Assembly: GCA_963770895.1 (NCBI GenBank)
Contig: CAVYRF010000002.1
Span: 320,001-384,000 of the forward strand
Direction: 5' to 3'
DNA from: an uncultured Acidobacteriota bacterium
GTDB taxonomy: Bacteria; Acidobacteriota; Thermoanaerobaculia; Multivoradales; UBA5704
DNA: 64,000 bases
Shown here piece after piece: positions 1-13,607 of the stretch. The stretch's first letter is position 1. The number at the start of each line of letters is the position of its first letter. A program made the translations under genes and the position numbers. The notes below the pieces were generated by a model. That model was not told the origin of the DNA. It saw only the letters and a program-made list of their open reading frames with translations, and did no database searches.

Positions 1-2
1 CC

Positions 3-959
3 ACCGGCTACCTGCCGCTGCGCAACGTGCCGGCGGTGCTGATCGAGACGCTCTCCTACAAGCCCTACAAGGAACGGGTGCTGGCGACGCGCGACTTCCT
101 GCTGTCGCTGATCGCCGAGGTGGGCAAGGACGGCGCCGGCCTGCGCCGCGCGCACTCCCTGGCCGATGCGGCCACCGTGGCGGCGGGAGCGCCGCACGCC
201 GCCGCCTCGCCGCTGACGCTCAACTTTGACGAGAGCCCGGCCGCCGACCGCATCCGTCTGCCGCTCTACGCCACCAGCCTGGAAACGTCGCAGGTGAGCG
301 GCCGGCCGCTGCTGCGCTACCAGCGCGGCACGGTGCACGAAATCGAGGTGCCGTGGTACCACGGCTCGCGGGCGACGCTCACCGTGCCGCGGCCGCGTGG
401 CTACCTGGTGCTCCCCGGCTGGCCGCAGATCGAAGAGCGGCTGCGCGCCCAGGGGCTGCGCGTGCTACAGCTGACGGTGCCGGCCGACCTGGACGTGGAA
501 GCCATGCGTGCGGCCAATCCCCACTTTGCCGCGGCGACCTACCAGGGCCTGACGCGGGTCAGCGCCGCGGTGACCCGCCGCGCCGAGCGCCACCACGTGC
601 CCGCCGGAGCGCTGTGGGTGCCCGCCGACCAGCCGGACTTCGCCGTCGCGGCGCAGCTCCTGGAGCCGGACGCCGACGATTCGCTGCTGTCGTGGGGGCT
701 GCTGTCGACGATCTTCGAACACAAGGAGGCGATCTCGCCGTGGGTCCTGGAGGACCGCGCCGCCGAGCTGCTGCGCGACCCCGCCGTCGCCGCCGAATGG
801 CGCCAGGCGCTCGCCGATCCGAAGTTGGCCGCCGACCCCCAGGCGCGCTACATGTGGTGGTTCCGCCACACGCCCTGGTGGGACGACACCGTGGGCCTGG
901 TCCCGATCTACCGCGTCATGGCTCCGCCGGAGCTGCAGACGCAACCCTGGCAGCCCTGA
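3..959 (+). CDS. M14-family zinc carboxypeptidase-like protein, C-terminal part (runs off window start)
   Basis: Open frame from position 3: TGYLPLRNVPAVLIET..KPYKERV and LLEP...DSL..WG, typical of long bacterial M14 peptidases. Confidence 0.6.
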   Translation, partial: TGYLPLRNVPAVLIETLSYKPYKERVLATRDFLLSLIAEVGKDGAGLRRAHSLADAATVAAGAPHAAASPLTLNFDESPAADRIRLPLYATSLETSQVSGRPLLRYQRGTVHEIEVPWYHGSRATLTVPRPRGYLVLPGWPQIEERLRAQGLRVLQLTVPADLDVEAMRAANPHFAAATYQGLTRVSAAVTRRAERHHVPAGALWVPADQPDFAVAAQLLEPDADDSLLSWGLLSTIFEHKEAISPWVLEDRAAELLRDPAVAAEWRQALADPKLAADPQARYMWWFRHTPWWDDTVGLVPIYRVMAPPELQTQPWQP

Positions 960-1080
960 TCCGGGAGCCAGGCTCCCGCGGCCGGAACCGGCCCGCGCGC
1001 AGGCGGGGACCAGCGCCGGTAGCAACTGCGCGAGCCGTGCCAGCGCACTCCCTATCGACCCTGGCCTTGAGCGCCGGCCG

Positions 1081-1533
1081 TCAACCGGCGGCCGCATCGC
1101 CGCCGGCGGCGGGCTCCGTCGCCAGCTGCGCGCGCAGCGCCTCGGGGATGGGGATCGGCAAGATGCCCTGGGGGGCGTTCAGCACCGAGCAGACGGTGGT
1201 GGTGCGCCCGCGCGCCACCGGCGTGCCGGCATGCGACAGCAGGAAGGAGAAGGTCAGCGAGGTGCGGCCCACGCGCTCGACGCGCAGGTGGACGTCCACC
1301 AGGTCGCCGAACCGCACCGGCGACAGAAACTCGCACGACGCGGCGACGCGCGGCCAGCCGACCACCCGGCCGTCGGGTTGCGGACCGGCGCCCGGATCGG
1401 CGCCCAGCGCGCGCAGCATGTCGTGCTCGCAGATCTCCATGAAGACAAAGAAACGCGAGAAGTGGGCGATGCCACCCGCGTCGGTGTCGGAAAACTCCAC
1501 TCTGCGGCGGATGCGATATTCATGAAGGGTCAT
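1081..1533 (-). CDS. Acyl-CoA thioesterase (4HBT/YbgC hotdog fold)
   Basis: RRVEFSDTDAGGIAHFSRFF motif; ATG at 1533. Confidence 0.88.
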   Translation of the reverse strand: MTLHEYRIRRRVEFSDTDAGGIAHFSRFFVFMEICEHDMLRALGADPGAGPQPDGRVVGWPRVAASCEFLSPVRFGDLVDVHLRVERVGRTSLTFSFLLSHAGTPVARGRTTTVCSVLNAPQGILPIPIPEALRAQLATEPAAGGDAAAG

Positions 1534-1557
1534 GACGGTGGTGCATAATACCGCCCC

Positions 1558-2193
1558 ATGCGCGTTTCCAGGCTGTGCGGCTTCGCGCTCGACGTGCTGG
1601 CCGTGGCGCTCGCCGTGCTGTTCTTCGCCGCCGCCATCCCGCCGGCGCTGCAGAGGACCTGTCAGCTGCTGCAAGCCGAAGCAGCGCTGGCCGGCGAAAG
1701 CCTGACCGCCTCGCGCGCCCGCATGTACGGTCCCGCCTACGTGCAGGCGATCGACCAGATCCGCGCCGCCATCGATCCCGACGAACCCTACCTGCTGGTC
1801 GAAGCAGGAGGCCCGCGCCAGGGCGGCGTCTACTGGGTGCGCTACGACCTGGCCCCGCGCCGCGCCATCTTTCTAGGCCGCCTTGACGAGCTGACGCCAC
1901 GCGATCTGCGGCGCATCCAGGGCGCCAACCTCCGCCACGTCGTCGTCGCCCTGGGTCCCGGCCCGCCCCCGCGCCTCTTCGACCGCTTCGCCTTCCGCGA
2001 CCTGCTGGACCGCCGCGCCGCGGCCATCGGCTCGGAGAGGCAGGACGCCGCGTCACCCGACAAGCCATCGACCGGCGGCACCCCGCAAGACACAGGGCCG
2101 CCAAGCGCGAATAAGCCACCGGCCGGTGGCGCCCCCCCCGCTGCCGCGGCGCGCGCCCCCGCCGCTGGCGCCACCGCCCCGCATGCTCCGTGA
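1558..2193 (+). CDS. Hypothetical membrane-anchored protein
   Basis: N-terminal hydrophobic helix, good codon bias, overlaps start of the next membrane glycosyltransferase gene. Confidence 0.6.
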   Translation: MRVSRLCGFALDVLAVALAVLFFAAAIPPALQRTCQLLQAEAALAGESLTASRARMYGPAYVQAIDQIRAAIDPDEPYLLVEAGGPRQGGVYWVRYDLAPRRAIFLGRLDELTPRDLRRIQGANLRHVVVALGPGPPPRLFDRFAFRDLLDRRAAAIGSERQDAASPDKPSTGGTPQDTGPPSANKPPAGGAPPAAAARAPAAGATAPHAP

Positions 2194-4093
2194 GGCGGCC
2201 CACGGCCTTCTCGCGCTGGCCGGTCCGCTGGGCGCGATCCTGCTGTTCGCCCTGCCGGGCTGGGCGCTGACCGAGCTCTTCCCCGCTTTGCGCCGGCGCG
2301 CGCCGGCACGCCGCGCCGCCTTTGGCTATCTGCTGGGCGTGGGCACGGTCGCGGCAGCACTGTTTCTGTTGTCGCACGTCTTCGGCGTCCCGCTGCGCCC
2401 GCCAGCGATCTGGGCGGCGGTGGCCGTGCCGACCGTGGCCGGCGCCACGGCTGCGGCGCTGAGGCGTGTCCTTGGCCGGGATCGGGGCCGGAACCGGGAC
2501 CAGCAACCGCATCCGCATGCCAGCCTGCCCCCTGAAGCGCATGCCACAGCCTCCGACGGCGCCGCGGCGATCCTCGCCGCCGCAGTCCGGGCAAACGCCC
2601 ACGACGACGCCGAGCGTGGCCACCCGCACCGCCCGCGCTTCGGCGCCGCCGGGGCGGCCCGCGGGCGCCGGTGGTCGCTCTGGTTGCAGGCGGCAGCGGC
2701 CGCCGCCGCGGCGCTCATCTGCTGCGGCGTGCTGGCGGAGGCGGCGATCAACCCGGTGCACGATTGGGACGGCCGCATGACCTGGGACACCCAGGCGCGC
2801 TACCTGCGGGCGGCGGCGACGGTCGATGCGCCGGTGCTGCAGAACGAGCGCTGGTTTGTCACCCATCCGCAGTACCCGCCGCTTCTGCCGCTGGCCCAGG
2901 TGGCGGTGCTGGAAGTCTTCCACGCCGACCCGGACAGCCACCTGATCCGCGCCGTCTATGCCGCCTTCCTGCCCGTCCTGCTGCTGCTGGTCTACGACGG
3001 CGCCCGGCCGGCCGCCGGCGCGACGCTCGCCGCCTGGACGGCCCTGGCGGCCGCCGTCATCCCCTTTTTCACCATCGGCGAGGGCGGAGCCTTCAGCACC
3101 TACAGCGACCTGCCGCTGGCCTGCTTCTACGGCGCCGCGCTGCTGCTGCTGCTGAGCCCGCGCCCGCGGATCGCCGACGGGGTGGCCGCCGGCCTGCTGC
3201 TCGCCGCCGCGACGCTCGCCAAGAACGAGGGGATCGCCCTTGCCGTGCTCGCCGTGGCGATCGGCTGGCGCGCCAGCGCCGCCGCGGCAAGGTCGGCCGC
3301 TTCTGCGGCCGCTGCTCGTGTCGCTGCTTCCCCTGTCGGTTCCTCCGCCTGCCCTCCCGCCGTTGCTTCTCCGGCTTCGGCTACTTCCGTTGCTGCTGCT
3401 GGCGCTGCCGATACTGCTGTCTTTGGCACTGCCATCGCTTCCGCCTCCGTCACCGCTCCCGCCAGACGGCGGCGGCGCGCCGCCTGGCGCGGCGGCCTGC
3501 CGCGCCATCTGGCGTTGGTGCGCATCGTCACTGCGGCCCTGGGCGTGGCGTTGGCGTTTGCGCTGCTAGCGTCGTGGCGCGCCGACATCCCCAACCGCCA
3601 GGACGAGGGGTACACCGACCTGTTGCGCACGTCCGACCTGGGCCGGGCAACGCTCACGCGGGTCGCGGTGTTCGGCCCGGTGCTGCTGCGCCAGATGCTG
3701 CGCATGCGCCAGTGGGCGGGGTTCTGGCTGATGGCTCCGGCGCTGCTGCTGGCCGGGCGCCGCGCCCTGCGGCACCCGCGCGCGCGGCGCTGGGCGGTGG
3801 CTGCGGCCGGGCCGCTGCTGCTGGGCTGCGCCGCCTATTCGGTCAGCGTCGAGCCGCGCATCGTCGCCGCCGTGACCTGGGAGCGGTTTCTGTTACAAGG
3901 GTCCGTACCGGTACTGCTGCTGCTCGCCGCCGCCGCCGCAGAAGTCGCCAGGCACCTTTCCAGACGACGGGCGGCGGCAGGCCCGGTGGCAGGGCCGGCG
4001 GCGGGGCCGGCGGCAAACGACGCCGCCACCGGCCCGAGCGCGCCGGCGGGCGATTACGGCGGGAAGGCGGAGTTGTCCAGCCCGCCGCAGTAG
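2183..4093 (+). CDS. GT-C fold (GT39/ArnT-like) polytopic glycosyltransferase
   Basis: Many TM helices; WDGRMTW, YPPLLP, YSDLPLA and KNEG motifs; ATG at 2183. Confidence 0.7.
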   Translation: MLREAAHGLLALAGPLGAILLFALPGWALTELFPALRRRAPARRAAFGYLLGVGTVAAALFLLSHVFGVPLRPPAIWAAVAVPTVAGATAAALRRVLGRDRGRNRDQQPHPHASLPPEAHATASDGAAAILAAAVRANAHDDAERGHPHRPRFGAAGAARGRRWSLWLQAAAAAAAALICCGVLAEAAINPVHDWDGRMTWDTQARYLRAAATVDAPVLQNERWFVTHPQYPPLLPLAQVAVLEVFHADPDSHLIRAVYAAFLPVLLLLVYDGARPAAGATLAAWTALAAAVIPFFTIGEGGAFSTYSDLPLACFYGAALLLLLSPRPRIADGVAAGLLLAAATLAKNEGIALAVLAVAIGWRASAAAARSAASAAAARVAASPVGSSACPPAVASPASATSVAAAGAADTAVFGTAIASASVTAPARRRRRAAWRGGLPRHLALVRIVTAALGVALAFALLASWRADIPNRQDEGYTDLLRTSDLGRATLTRVAVFGPVLLRQMLRMRQWAGFWLMAPALLLAGRRALRHPRARRWAVAAAGPLLLGCAAYSVSVEPRIVAAVTWERFLLQGSVPVLLLLAAAAAEVARHLSRRRAAAGPVAGPAAGPAANDAATGPSAPAGDYGGKAELSSPPQ

Positions 4094-6210
4094 GTCCCGG
4101 CGGGATTGGTGTAGGTCTTGGTGGTGCCGCCGATGGTGTCGGTGACGGTGATCGTGTACTGGTAGTCGGATAGCGCGCCGTAGTAGAAGGCGACCCGATC
4201 GGAGAACTCCACCACCTTCATCACCAGCTCGATGGTCGAAGGATCGGTGAAGGTGAAGAATCCCGACTGGTCGCTCAGCGACCCGGCCTGGCCGGTGCCG
4301 GAGGTGTCGTTGAACTGGTTCATCCAGGTCGTGGTCACCGCGAAGCGACGGTCGAGAAGGCAGAGCGTCCCCTTGCCCGGCACGCAGGTGCCGCGCGTGC
4401 TGGCCTGCGGCGCCGGCACGGTGCTCTTGGTGCCGATCTGCGGCGTGGCGCTGAAGGCGTTCTGGTCGATTGCGCCGCAATCGCCGGGGGTGTTGGAGTA
4501 GGTCTGGACCGTGCCGTCCAACGTGTCGGTCACCGTGATGGTGAACTGAAGGTCGGTCAGCTCGGTGTAGTAGACGTTGATCGAACCGTTGACGTTGAGG
4601 ATCTTGACCACCAGCTCGTAGTTGGACGGATCGAAAAAGTCGAAATAGCCGGTGTTGTCGGTGCCCCGGATCGCATTGCCGACGCCCGAGGTGTTGTTGA
4701 ACTGGTTGGTGTAGGTGACCTGCACCTGGAAGCGCTGGTCCAGCAGGCACAGGGTGGTCGAATTGGGAAAGCACACCGAAGGCCTGCCGCTGCCGCCCGG
4801 CGCCAGAAATGGCTGCAGCGCCGAAAAGCTGTACCAGAAGGCCCCGTCCAGCGTCCACTGCGCCGGGCTGCAATCGTTGTCGGAGCCGCAGCCGCCGTAC
4901 AGCTGGCCAACGACCGACCCGTCCGCCAGCATCGCCGCCGATCCCGAGCTGCCGCCGAAGGTGCCGCCGGTCACCAGGTCCGAATAGACAAAGTAAGGCC
5001 CCTGGCAAGCCGGATCGGTGGTGTCGACCTTGGTCACGTTGTAGTTCTGCGGCTCGCCGTTGGGGTTGGACAGCCGGTAGAGCAGCGTCCCGTTGGACAC
5101 CGCGTCCTGATCGGCGTCCCAGCCCAGGAAGCTGCGACCGGCGGGGATGGACGACAGCTTCATCAGGGTGAAGTCGCTGCTGGTGTTGGCGTCGCCGGTC
5201 GCCAGCAGGGTTGCGCCGCTCGCCGTGGGCAGCGTGCTCATGTCGGGAGCCGCGCCGTTGCAGCTGGGCGTGTAGTAGTCGAACCAGGCCTGCAGCGAAG
5301 CGGCGCCGCCGGAATCCGAAACGCAGTGGTTGGCGGTCAGCATGTAGGGGGTCTGGTCGTTCGCCGTGTCGTTGAGCAGCTCGCCGGTGCACTGCGCGCC
5401 CTCGCCCTGTTCGACGAACTCGATGATGGCGACCGCGTGCCGGGCGGCGTCGTAGCCGGAAAAGTCGCTGTCGTTGTAACAGCTGGCGTCCTGGTTGCAG
5501 CTGTCGTCCTTGGGTTTGGCGCCGGCCTGGTCGGCGCTGCCGGTCTGCACCAGCTCCAGCACCTGGTCGACTTTGAAGCCGAACGCCGCCTGCTTGCCGG
5601 CCAGCGCCTTGGCTGGCAGCTGCACGTCGACCGCGATCTCGTCGCCGGCGACGCTGGGGGTCCACAGACTGCCGTCGGGGGCGATCATCTCGCGCCCGAA
5701 GGGGCCGACCGTCTGGGCGGTGCCGTGCACCCAGATCTGGGCGCCGGCCGGCAGCCGCACGCCCGCCAGGTGCAGGCGCAGGCGATAGGCATCGTCGACG
5801 TGCACCGAGCCGCCCCACGCAACCGACGACAGCGACGTCTGCACCAGCAGGCCGCCGCCCTGCGGGCTGGTCGCCTTGGCGGCCAGCGCGGCGGTGATCT
5901 CGACCTGCTGCGGCGCCGGCAGCGCGCGCGCGAAGCCGTTGTGGAGCGGCCGGTGGTGCGCCTCGTTCCAGGCGCGCAGCGCCGCCACCTGGCCGGCCGC
6001 GGCGGTCGCCGAGGCCTGCAGGTGGGCGAGCGGCGCCAGGCCGTATTGCGCCGCGATGTGCGGCGCGGCGGCAGCGGCGGCGGCCTGCCCTGACGCCGCG
6101 GCGGCAGCCGGCGCGGCAGCGGCCTTGGGGACGAAGGTGGGGGCGCGCTGGGCGAACGCCAGCGACGGCAGCAGCAGGGTAAGGGCGAACAGAGCGATTC
6201 GTCGATTCAT
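4054..6210 (-). CDS. Secreted trypsin-like serine protease (lysyl endopeptidase-like) with two C-terminal Cys-containing repeat domains
   Basis: Signal peptide MNRRIALF; triad TANHC / DFTL / GGSSGS; two CxPxxxTLCLLDxRF repeats. Confidence 0.85.
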   Translation of the reverse strand: MNRRIALFALTLLLPSLAFAQRAPTFVPKAAAAPAAAAASGQAAAAAAAPHIAAQYGLAPLAHLQASATAAAGQVAALRAWNEAHHRPLHNGFARALPAPQQVEITAALAAKATSPQGGGLLVQTSLSSVAWGGSVHVDDAYRLRLHLAGVRLPAGAQIWVHGTAQTVGPFGREMIAPDGSLWTPSVAGDEIAVDVQLPAKALAGKQAAFGFKVDQVLELVQTGSADQAGAKPKDDSCNQDASCYNDSDFSGYDAARHAVAIIEFVEQGEGAQCTGELLNDTANDQTPYMLTANHCVSDSGGAASLQAWFDYYTPSCNGAAPDMSTLPTASGATLLATGDANTSSDFTLMKLSSIPAGRSFLGWDADQDAVSNGTLLYRLSNPNGEPQNYNVTKVDTTDPACQGPYFVYSDLVTGGTFGGSSGSAAMLADGSVVGQLYGGCGSDNDCSPAQWTLDGAFWYSFSALQPFLAPGGSGRPSVCFPNSTTLCLLDQRFQVQVTYTNQFNNTSGVGNAIRGTDNTGYFDFFDPSNYELVVKILNVNGSINVYYTELTDLQFTITVTDTLDGTVQTYSNTPGDCGAIDQNAFSATPQIGTKSTVPAPQASTRGTCVPGKGTLCLLDRRFAVTTTWMNQFNDTSGTGQAGSLSDQSGFFTFTDPSTIELVMKVVEFSDRVAFYYGALSDYQYTITVTDTIGGTTKTYTNPAGTYCGGLDNSAFPP

Positions 6211-6472
6211 GGTCTCTCCAAAAGGCCGGTCATCCCGCGACGGCGCATTTCTGATTGGCAAGCGGCAGATCGGAAGCGCTAATTTACCACTCCAATTGCC
6301 ATAGGAGCAAGATTCACTCACTCTGCAAATTCTGACGCTCCTGCTTGCCGCGCCCCGGCACGGATCCTCGATCCACTTCCACCCGACACAGCGAATGCAA
6401 CCTGGTTTGAGCCTGCAAGCCATGGACCAGCGGGCCGCCAGGGCGGGCGGCGCATGCTAGCATCCGGGCGCC

Positions 6473-8908
<2,436 letters not shown>

Positions 8909-8982
8909 TCAGAATCTCGCGGCCCGCGCCGGTCGCTGTTGCCGTGGCGGCGGCGCGGGTCTGGCCCCAGGAGGTGAGCTCG

Positions 8983-9816
8983 TTGGAATCGACCCTTGAC
9001 GTCGCGGACATCCGCCCGCGCCACTTCGGCTGGGAGGTCGCCGATCGCGTGGCGGTCGTCACCCTGGACCGGCCGGAGCGCCGCAACCCGCTCACCTTCG
9101 AGTCGTACCGCGAGCTGGCCGCCACCTTCCACGCCCTGGCCCACGTGCCCGCCGTGCGCGCCGTGGTGCTGACCGGCTCCGGCGGCAATTTCTGCTCCGG
9201 CGGCGACGTGCACGACATCATCGGCCCGCTGGTGGCGATGAAGCAGGCGGGGCGCATGGACCAGCTGCTCGACTTCACCCACCTGACCGGCGACCTGGTC
9301 AAGGCCATGCGCGGCTGCCCGCAGCCGATCGTCGCCGCGGTCGACGGCACCTGCGCCGGCGCCGGCGCCATCCTGGCCATGGCGGCCGACCTGCGGCTGG
9401 GCACCGCGCGCAGCAAGGTGGCGTTCCTGTTCACCCGCGTCGGCCTGTCCGGCGCCGACATGGGCGCCTGCGCCATCCTGCCGCGCATCGTCGGCCAGGG
9501 GCGCGCCGCCGAGCTGCTCTACACCGGCCGCGCCATGCCCGGCGAAGAGGCCGAGCGCTGGGGCTTCTACAACCGCCTGGCCGCGCCGGAATCCCTGCTG
9601 GCCGAAGCGCGCGAGCTGGCGGCGACGCTCGCCCACGGCCCCACCTTCGCCCACGCCATGACCAAGCGCGCCTTGGACCAGGAATGGAACATGGGCATCG
9701 CCGAAGCCATCGAAGCCGAGGCCCAGACCCAGGCCCTCTGCATGCAAACCGAAGACTTCGCCCGCGCTTACCGCGCCTTCGTGGCGCGCCAGAAGCCGGT
9801 CTTCGAAGGCAACTGA
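8983..9816 (+). CDS. Enoyl-CoA hydratase family protein
   Basis: [30 protein letters not shown]; GGAGG RBS before TTG 8983 (GTG 8974 is an alternative start). Confidence 0.9.
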   Translation: MESTLDVADIRPRHFGWEVADRVAVVTLDRPERRNPLTFESYRELAATFHALAHVPAVRAVVLTGSGGNFCSGGDVHDIIGPLVAMKQAGRMDQLLDFTHLTGDLVKAMRGCPQPIVAAVDGTCAGAGAILAMAADLRLGTARSKVAFLFTRVGLSGADMGACAILPRIVGQGRAAELLYTGRAMPGEEAERWGFYNRLAAPESLLAEARELAATLAHGPTFAHAMTKRALDQEWNMGIAEAIEAEAQTQALCMQTEDFARAYRAFVARQKPVFEGN

Positions 9817-9996
9817 CGACAAGGCTGCGCCAGTGGCCCGCCCGGTTCATTCGCTTGGTAGTCGCGCCGCAATCCGGTCCTCTGGCCAGGCGCGCCGACG
9901 CAGGCATAGTCGAACGTATGTCGAGGAGGCGCAACGCCGCCAGAGGGCCGGAGGGCAAGCGAATACCATGCGAATTAATCGGGCGGGACACTAGTC

Positions 9997-11340
9997 ATGG
10001 CCGACACCACCTTTCTTGCCTGGCCGTTTTTCGAAGACTCCCACCGCGCCCTGGCGCGCGACGTTGCCGCCTGGTGGCGGCAGCACGGCGCCGCGCTGCC
10101 CGACGGCGAGCCGCGCCACGACGACGGCGCGACCCGCGGCAGCGCGCCGCACGCCGGCGGGGCGGCCGATCCGCCGGCAGCGGGCGCCGGCGACGACGCC
10201 TGGACCGCCTGCCGGCAGATCGTGCGGCGGTTGGGCGAAGCGGGGTGGCTGCGCTACGCGGTGCCTTTGGCGGCCGCAGCGCACCCTGCGGGCACTGCGG
10301 ACAGTGCGGAGACCGCGACAGCGGCCGCCGCCGCAACCGTTCCATCGCAGCCCGGCGCGCTCGACGTGCGCACGCTGTGCCTGTTGCGCGAAACCCTGGC
10401 GCGCGGCTCGGCGCTGGCCGACTTCGCCTTTGCCCTGCAGGGGCTGGGGAGCGGTCCGCTGTCGCTCTTCGGGTCCGACGAACAGCGGCGGCGCTACCTG
10501 CCGGGGGTGGCCGCCGGCACCGCCATTCCGGCGTTCGCGCTGTCCGAGGCGGCGGCCGGCTCCGACGTCGCCGCCATGCGCACCACCGCGCGGCGCGCCG
10601 GCGACGGCTACGTGATCGACGGCGAGAAGACCTGGATCTCCAACGCCGGCATCGCCGATTTCTACGTCGTGTTCTGCCGCCTGCCCGAAGGCGGCGAAAG
10701 GTCGTACGCCGCCCTGCTGGTGGATGCCGCCAACCCCGGCTGCAAGGTCGTCGAGCGGCTGCACGTGATCTCCCCCCATCCGCTCGGCACCGTGGCCTTC
10801 ACCGGCTGCCAGGTGTCCGAAAGCGCCCTGGTCGGCGAGCCCGGCGGCGGCATGCGGGTGGCGCTGGCGACGCTCGACGTGTTTCGTCCCACCGTCGGCG
10901 CCGCCGCCCTGGGTCTGGCGCGCCGCGCCCTCGACGAGGCCGCGGCCCACGCCCGCACCCGCCAGGTCTTCGGCCAGGCGCTGGCCGCCCACCAGCTCAC
11001 CCAGGCCAAGCTGGCCGACATGGCCACAGCCGTCGACGCCAGCGCGCTGCTGGTCTACCGCGCCGCCTGGCTGCGCGATCGCGGCGGCGCCTCGCGAATC
11101 ACCCGCGAAGCGGCCATGGCCAAGCTCTTCGCCACCGAAGCGGCGCAGCGCGTCATCGACGACGCGGTGCAGATCCTGGGCGCCCGCGGCGTCGCGGCGG
11201 GCGCACCGGTCGAGCGCCTCTACCGCGAGATCCGCGCCCTGCGCATCTACGAAGGCGCCAGCGAGATCCAGCGCCTGGTCATCGCCGGCCAGCTGCTCAA
11301 GGCCTGCGCCGCGGAGGCACACGATGCCGACCCCCGCTGA
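9997..11340 (+). CDS. Acyl-CoA dehydrogenase
   Basis: [41 protein letters not shown]. Confidence 0.93.
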   Translation: MADTTFLAWPFFEDSHRALARDVAAWWRQHGAALPDGEPRHDDGATRGSAPHAGGAADPPAAGAGDDAWTACRQIVRRLGEAGWLRYAVPLAAAAHPAGTADSAETATAAAAATVPSQPGALDVRTLCLLRETLARGSALADFAFALQGLGSGPLSLFGSDEQRRRYLPGVAAGTAIPAFALSEAAAGSDVAAMRTTARRAGDGYVIDGEKTWISNAGIADFYVVFCRLPEGGERSYAALLVDAANPGCKVVERLHVISPHPLGTVAFTGCQVSESALVGEPGGGMRVALATLDVFRPTVGAAALGLARRALDEAAAHARTRQVFGQALAAHQLTQAKLADMATAVDASALLVYRAAWLRDRGGASRITREAAMAKLFATEAAQRVIDDAVQILGARGVAAGAPVERLYREIRALRIYEGASEIQRLVIAGQLLKACAAEAHDADPR

Positions 11341-13084
11341 CCGCGATCGCCCGGCCGCCGCCGACCCGCCGGGCACTGCCGCGCCGAACACCGCGCCCGG
11401 CGGCCCCAGCGCGCACCGCGATCCGTTCTGCCGCCAGGCCCTGCCGCCGCGCGAGCTGTGGCCCGAGATGCGCTACGGCCTGCCCGAGCTGGCCTATCCC
11501 GACCGCCTCAACAGCGCCGTCGAGCTGCTCGACGCCCGCGTCGCCGCCGGCGACGGCGAGCGCATCGCCATCCACTCCCCCGGCGGCACCTGGACCTATC
11601 GCCAGCTGCTGGCGACTGCCAACCGCATCGCGCACGTGCTGGTCGAAGACCTGGGCGTCGTGCCGGGCAACCGCGTGCTGCTGCGCGGCGCCAACACGCC
11701 GATGCTGGCCGCCTGCTGGCTGGCGACGCTCAAGGCCGGCGCCGTGGCGGTCACCACCATGCCGCTGCTGCGCGTGCGCGAGCTGACCTACATCGCCGAC
11801 AAGGCCGAGGTCCAGCTGGCCCTGACCGACGCCCGCGTCGCCGCCGACTGCGAGCAGGCCATGCGCACCCGCGGCGACGGCGCCCCGCGCCCCGGCGCCC
11901 GCGTCGTCCACTTCGGCGGCGCCCAGCCTGAGCCGGCGGCTGACGGCAGCGACCCATCGGAATCGCCGGCAGCCGGCGGCTCCAGCCTGGACGACCTGGC
12001 CCGCGACAAGCCGGACGCCTTTACCAACTGCGACACCGCGGCCGACGACGTGGCGATCATCGCCTTCACCTCCGGCACCACCGGCAAGGGCAAGGGCACG
12101 ATGCACTTCCACCGCGACATCCTGGCCGCCGCCGACTGCTTTTCGGCCCACGTGCTGCGGCCGCGCCGCGACGACATCGTGTGCGGCTCGCCGCCGCTCG
12201 CCTTCACCTTCGGCCTGGGCGGCCTCATCCTCTTTCCGCTGCGCGTCGGCGCGGCCACCCTGCTGCTCGAGCAGGCGGCCCCGCCGCTGCTGCTGCAGGG
12301 CATCCAGCAGCACCGCGCCACCATCTGCTTTACCGCGCCCACCGCCTACCGCGCCATGTGCGCGCTGCTCGCCACCCACGACGTGTCGAGCCTGCGGGAA
12401 TGCGTCTCGGCTGGCGAAACGCTGCCTCGCGCCACCTTCGAAGCCTGGCAACAGGCCACCGGCATCAGGATCATCGACGGCATCGGCTCGACCGAGATGC
12501 TGCACATCTTCATCAGCGCCGCCGGCGACGACATCCGCCCCGGCTCGACCGGTAAGGCCGTCCCCGGCTACGAAGCCCGCGTCGTCGACGACGCCGGCCG
12601 CCCGCTGCCCCCCGGCACCGTCGGCCGCCTGGCAGTGCGCGGCCCCACCGGCTGCCGCTACCTGGACAACCTGGAGCGCCAGACCGCCTACGTCCAGGAC
12701 GGCTGGAACTTCACCGGCGACTCCTACCTCCAGGACGCCGACGGCTACTTCTGGTACCAGGCGCGCACCGACGACATGATCATTTCCGCCGGCCACAACA
12801 TCGCCGGCCCCGAGGTCGAAGCCGTCCTGCTGGAGCACCCCAAGGTCCGCGAATGCGGCGTCGTCGGCACCCCCGACCCCGACCGCGGCCACGTCGTCAC
12901 CGCCTTCGTCGTCCTGCAACCCGGCGCCGAGCCCGGCCCCGCCACCGTCAAAGAGCTGCAGGACTTCGTCAAGGCCGAGATCGCCCCCTACAAATACCCG
13001 CGCCGCATCGAGTTCCTGGAAGCCCTGCCGCGCACCGAAACCGGCAAGCTCCAGCGCTTCCGCCTGCGCGAGAGGCCCTCATGA
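11324..13084 (+). CDS. 2-aminobenzoate/benzoate-CoA ligase
   Basis: AMP-binding [33 protein letters not shown]; operon context. Confidence 0.9.
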   Translation: MPTPADRDRPAAADPPGTAAPNTAPGGPSAHRDPFCRQALPPRELWPEMRYGLPELAYPDRLNSAVELLDARVAAGDGERIAIHSPGGTWTYRQLLATANRIAHVLVEDLGVVPGNRVLLRGANTPMLAACWLATLKAGAVAVTTMPLLRVRELTYIADKAEVQLALTDARVAADCEQAMRTRGDGAPRPGARVVHFGGAQPEPAADGSDPSESPAAGGSSLDDLARDKPDAFTNCDTAADDVAIIAFTSGTTGKGKGTMHFHRDILAAADCFSAHVLRPRRDDIVCGSPPLAFTFGLGGLILFPLRVGAATLLLEQAAPPLLLQGIQQHRATICFTAPTAYRAMCALLATHDVSSLRECVSAGETLPRATFEAWQQATGIRIIDGIGSTEMLHIFISAAGDDIRPGSTGKAVPGYEARVVDDAGRPLPPGTVGRLAVRGPTGCRYLDNLERQTAYVQDGWNFTGDSYLQDADGYFWYQARTDDMIISAGHNIAGPEVEAVLLEHPKVRECGVVGTPDPDRGHVVTAFVVLQPGAEPGPATVKELQDFVKAEIAPYKYPRRIEFLEALPRTETGKLQRFRLRERPS

Positions 13085-13181
13085 CGCCGCGGCGCCGCCA
13101 CCGGCGCGCGCAACCTTTCCGCAGGCCGCGGCGCGTCCGTCGGCGCCAACGCCTCGATCTCGACCCATGCGAGCAGGTCCC

Positions 13182-13607
13182 ATGAAGCCGCCCACGCCCG
13201 ACCCCTTGCAGCTGCTGCAGCCCGCTGGATGGCCTCCGCCGCAAGGCTACGCCAACGGCATCGCCGGCCGCGGCCGCCTGCTCTTCATCGCCGGCCAGGT
13301 CGGCTGGAACCCCGTCACCTGCCTCTTTGAAACCGACGACCTCGCCGTCCAGACCGGCCAGGCCCTGGCCAACCTGGCCGCCGTCCTGCACGCCGGCGGC
13401 GCCCAGCCCCACCATCTGGCCCGCCTCACCTGGTACATCACCGACCGCGACGCCTACCTGTCCGCCCGCCCCGCCATCGGCGCCGCCTACCGCGCCCACC
13501 TGGGCCGCCACTACCCCTCCATGTCGCTGGTCGTCGTCGCCGCCCTGCTAGAGCCCCGCGCCAAGGTCGAGATCGAAGCCACCGCCCTCATCCCCGATCT
13601 GGCTTAG
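13182..13607 (+). CDS. RidA/YjgF family protein
   Basis: GYANG, FIAGQVGW, AKVEIEATA. Confidence 0.9.
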   Translation: MKPPTPDPLQLLQPAGWPPPQGYANGIAGRGRLLFIAGQVGWNPVTCLFETDDLAVQTGQALANLAAVLHAGGAQPHHLARLTWYITDRDAYLSARPAIGAAYRAHLGRHYPSMSLVVVAALLEPRAKVEIEATALIPDLA

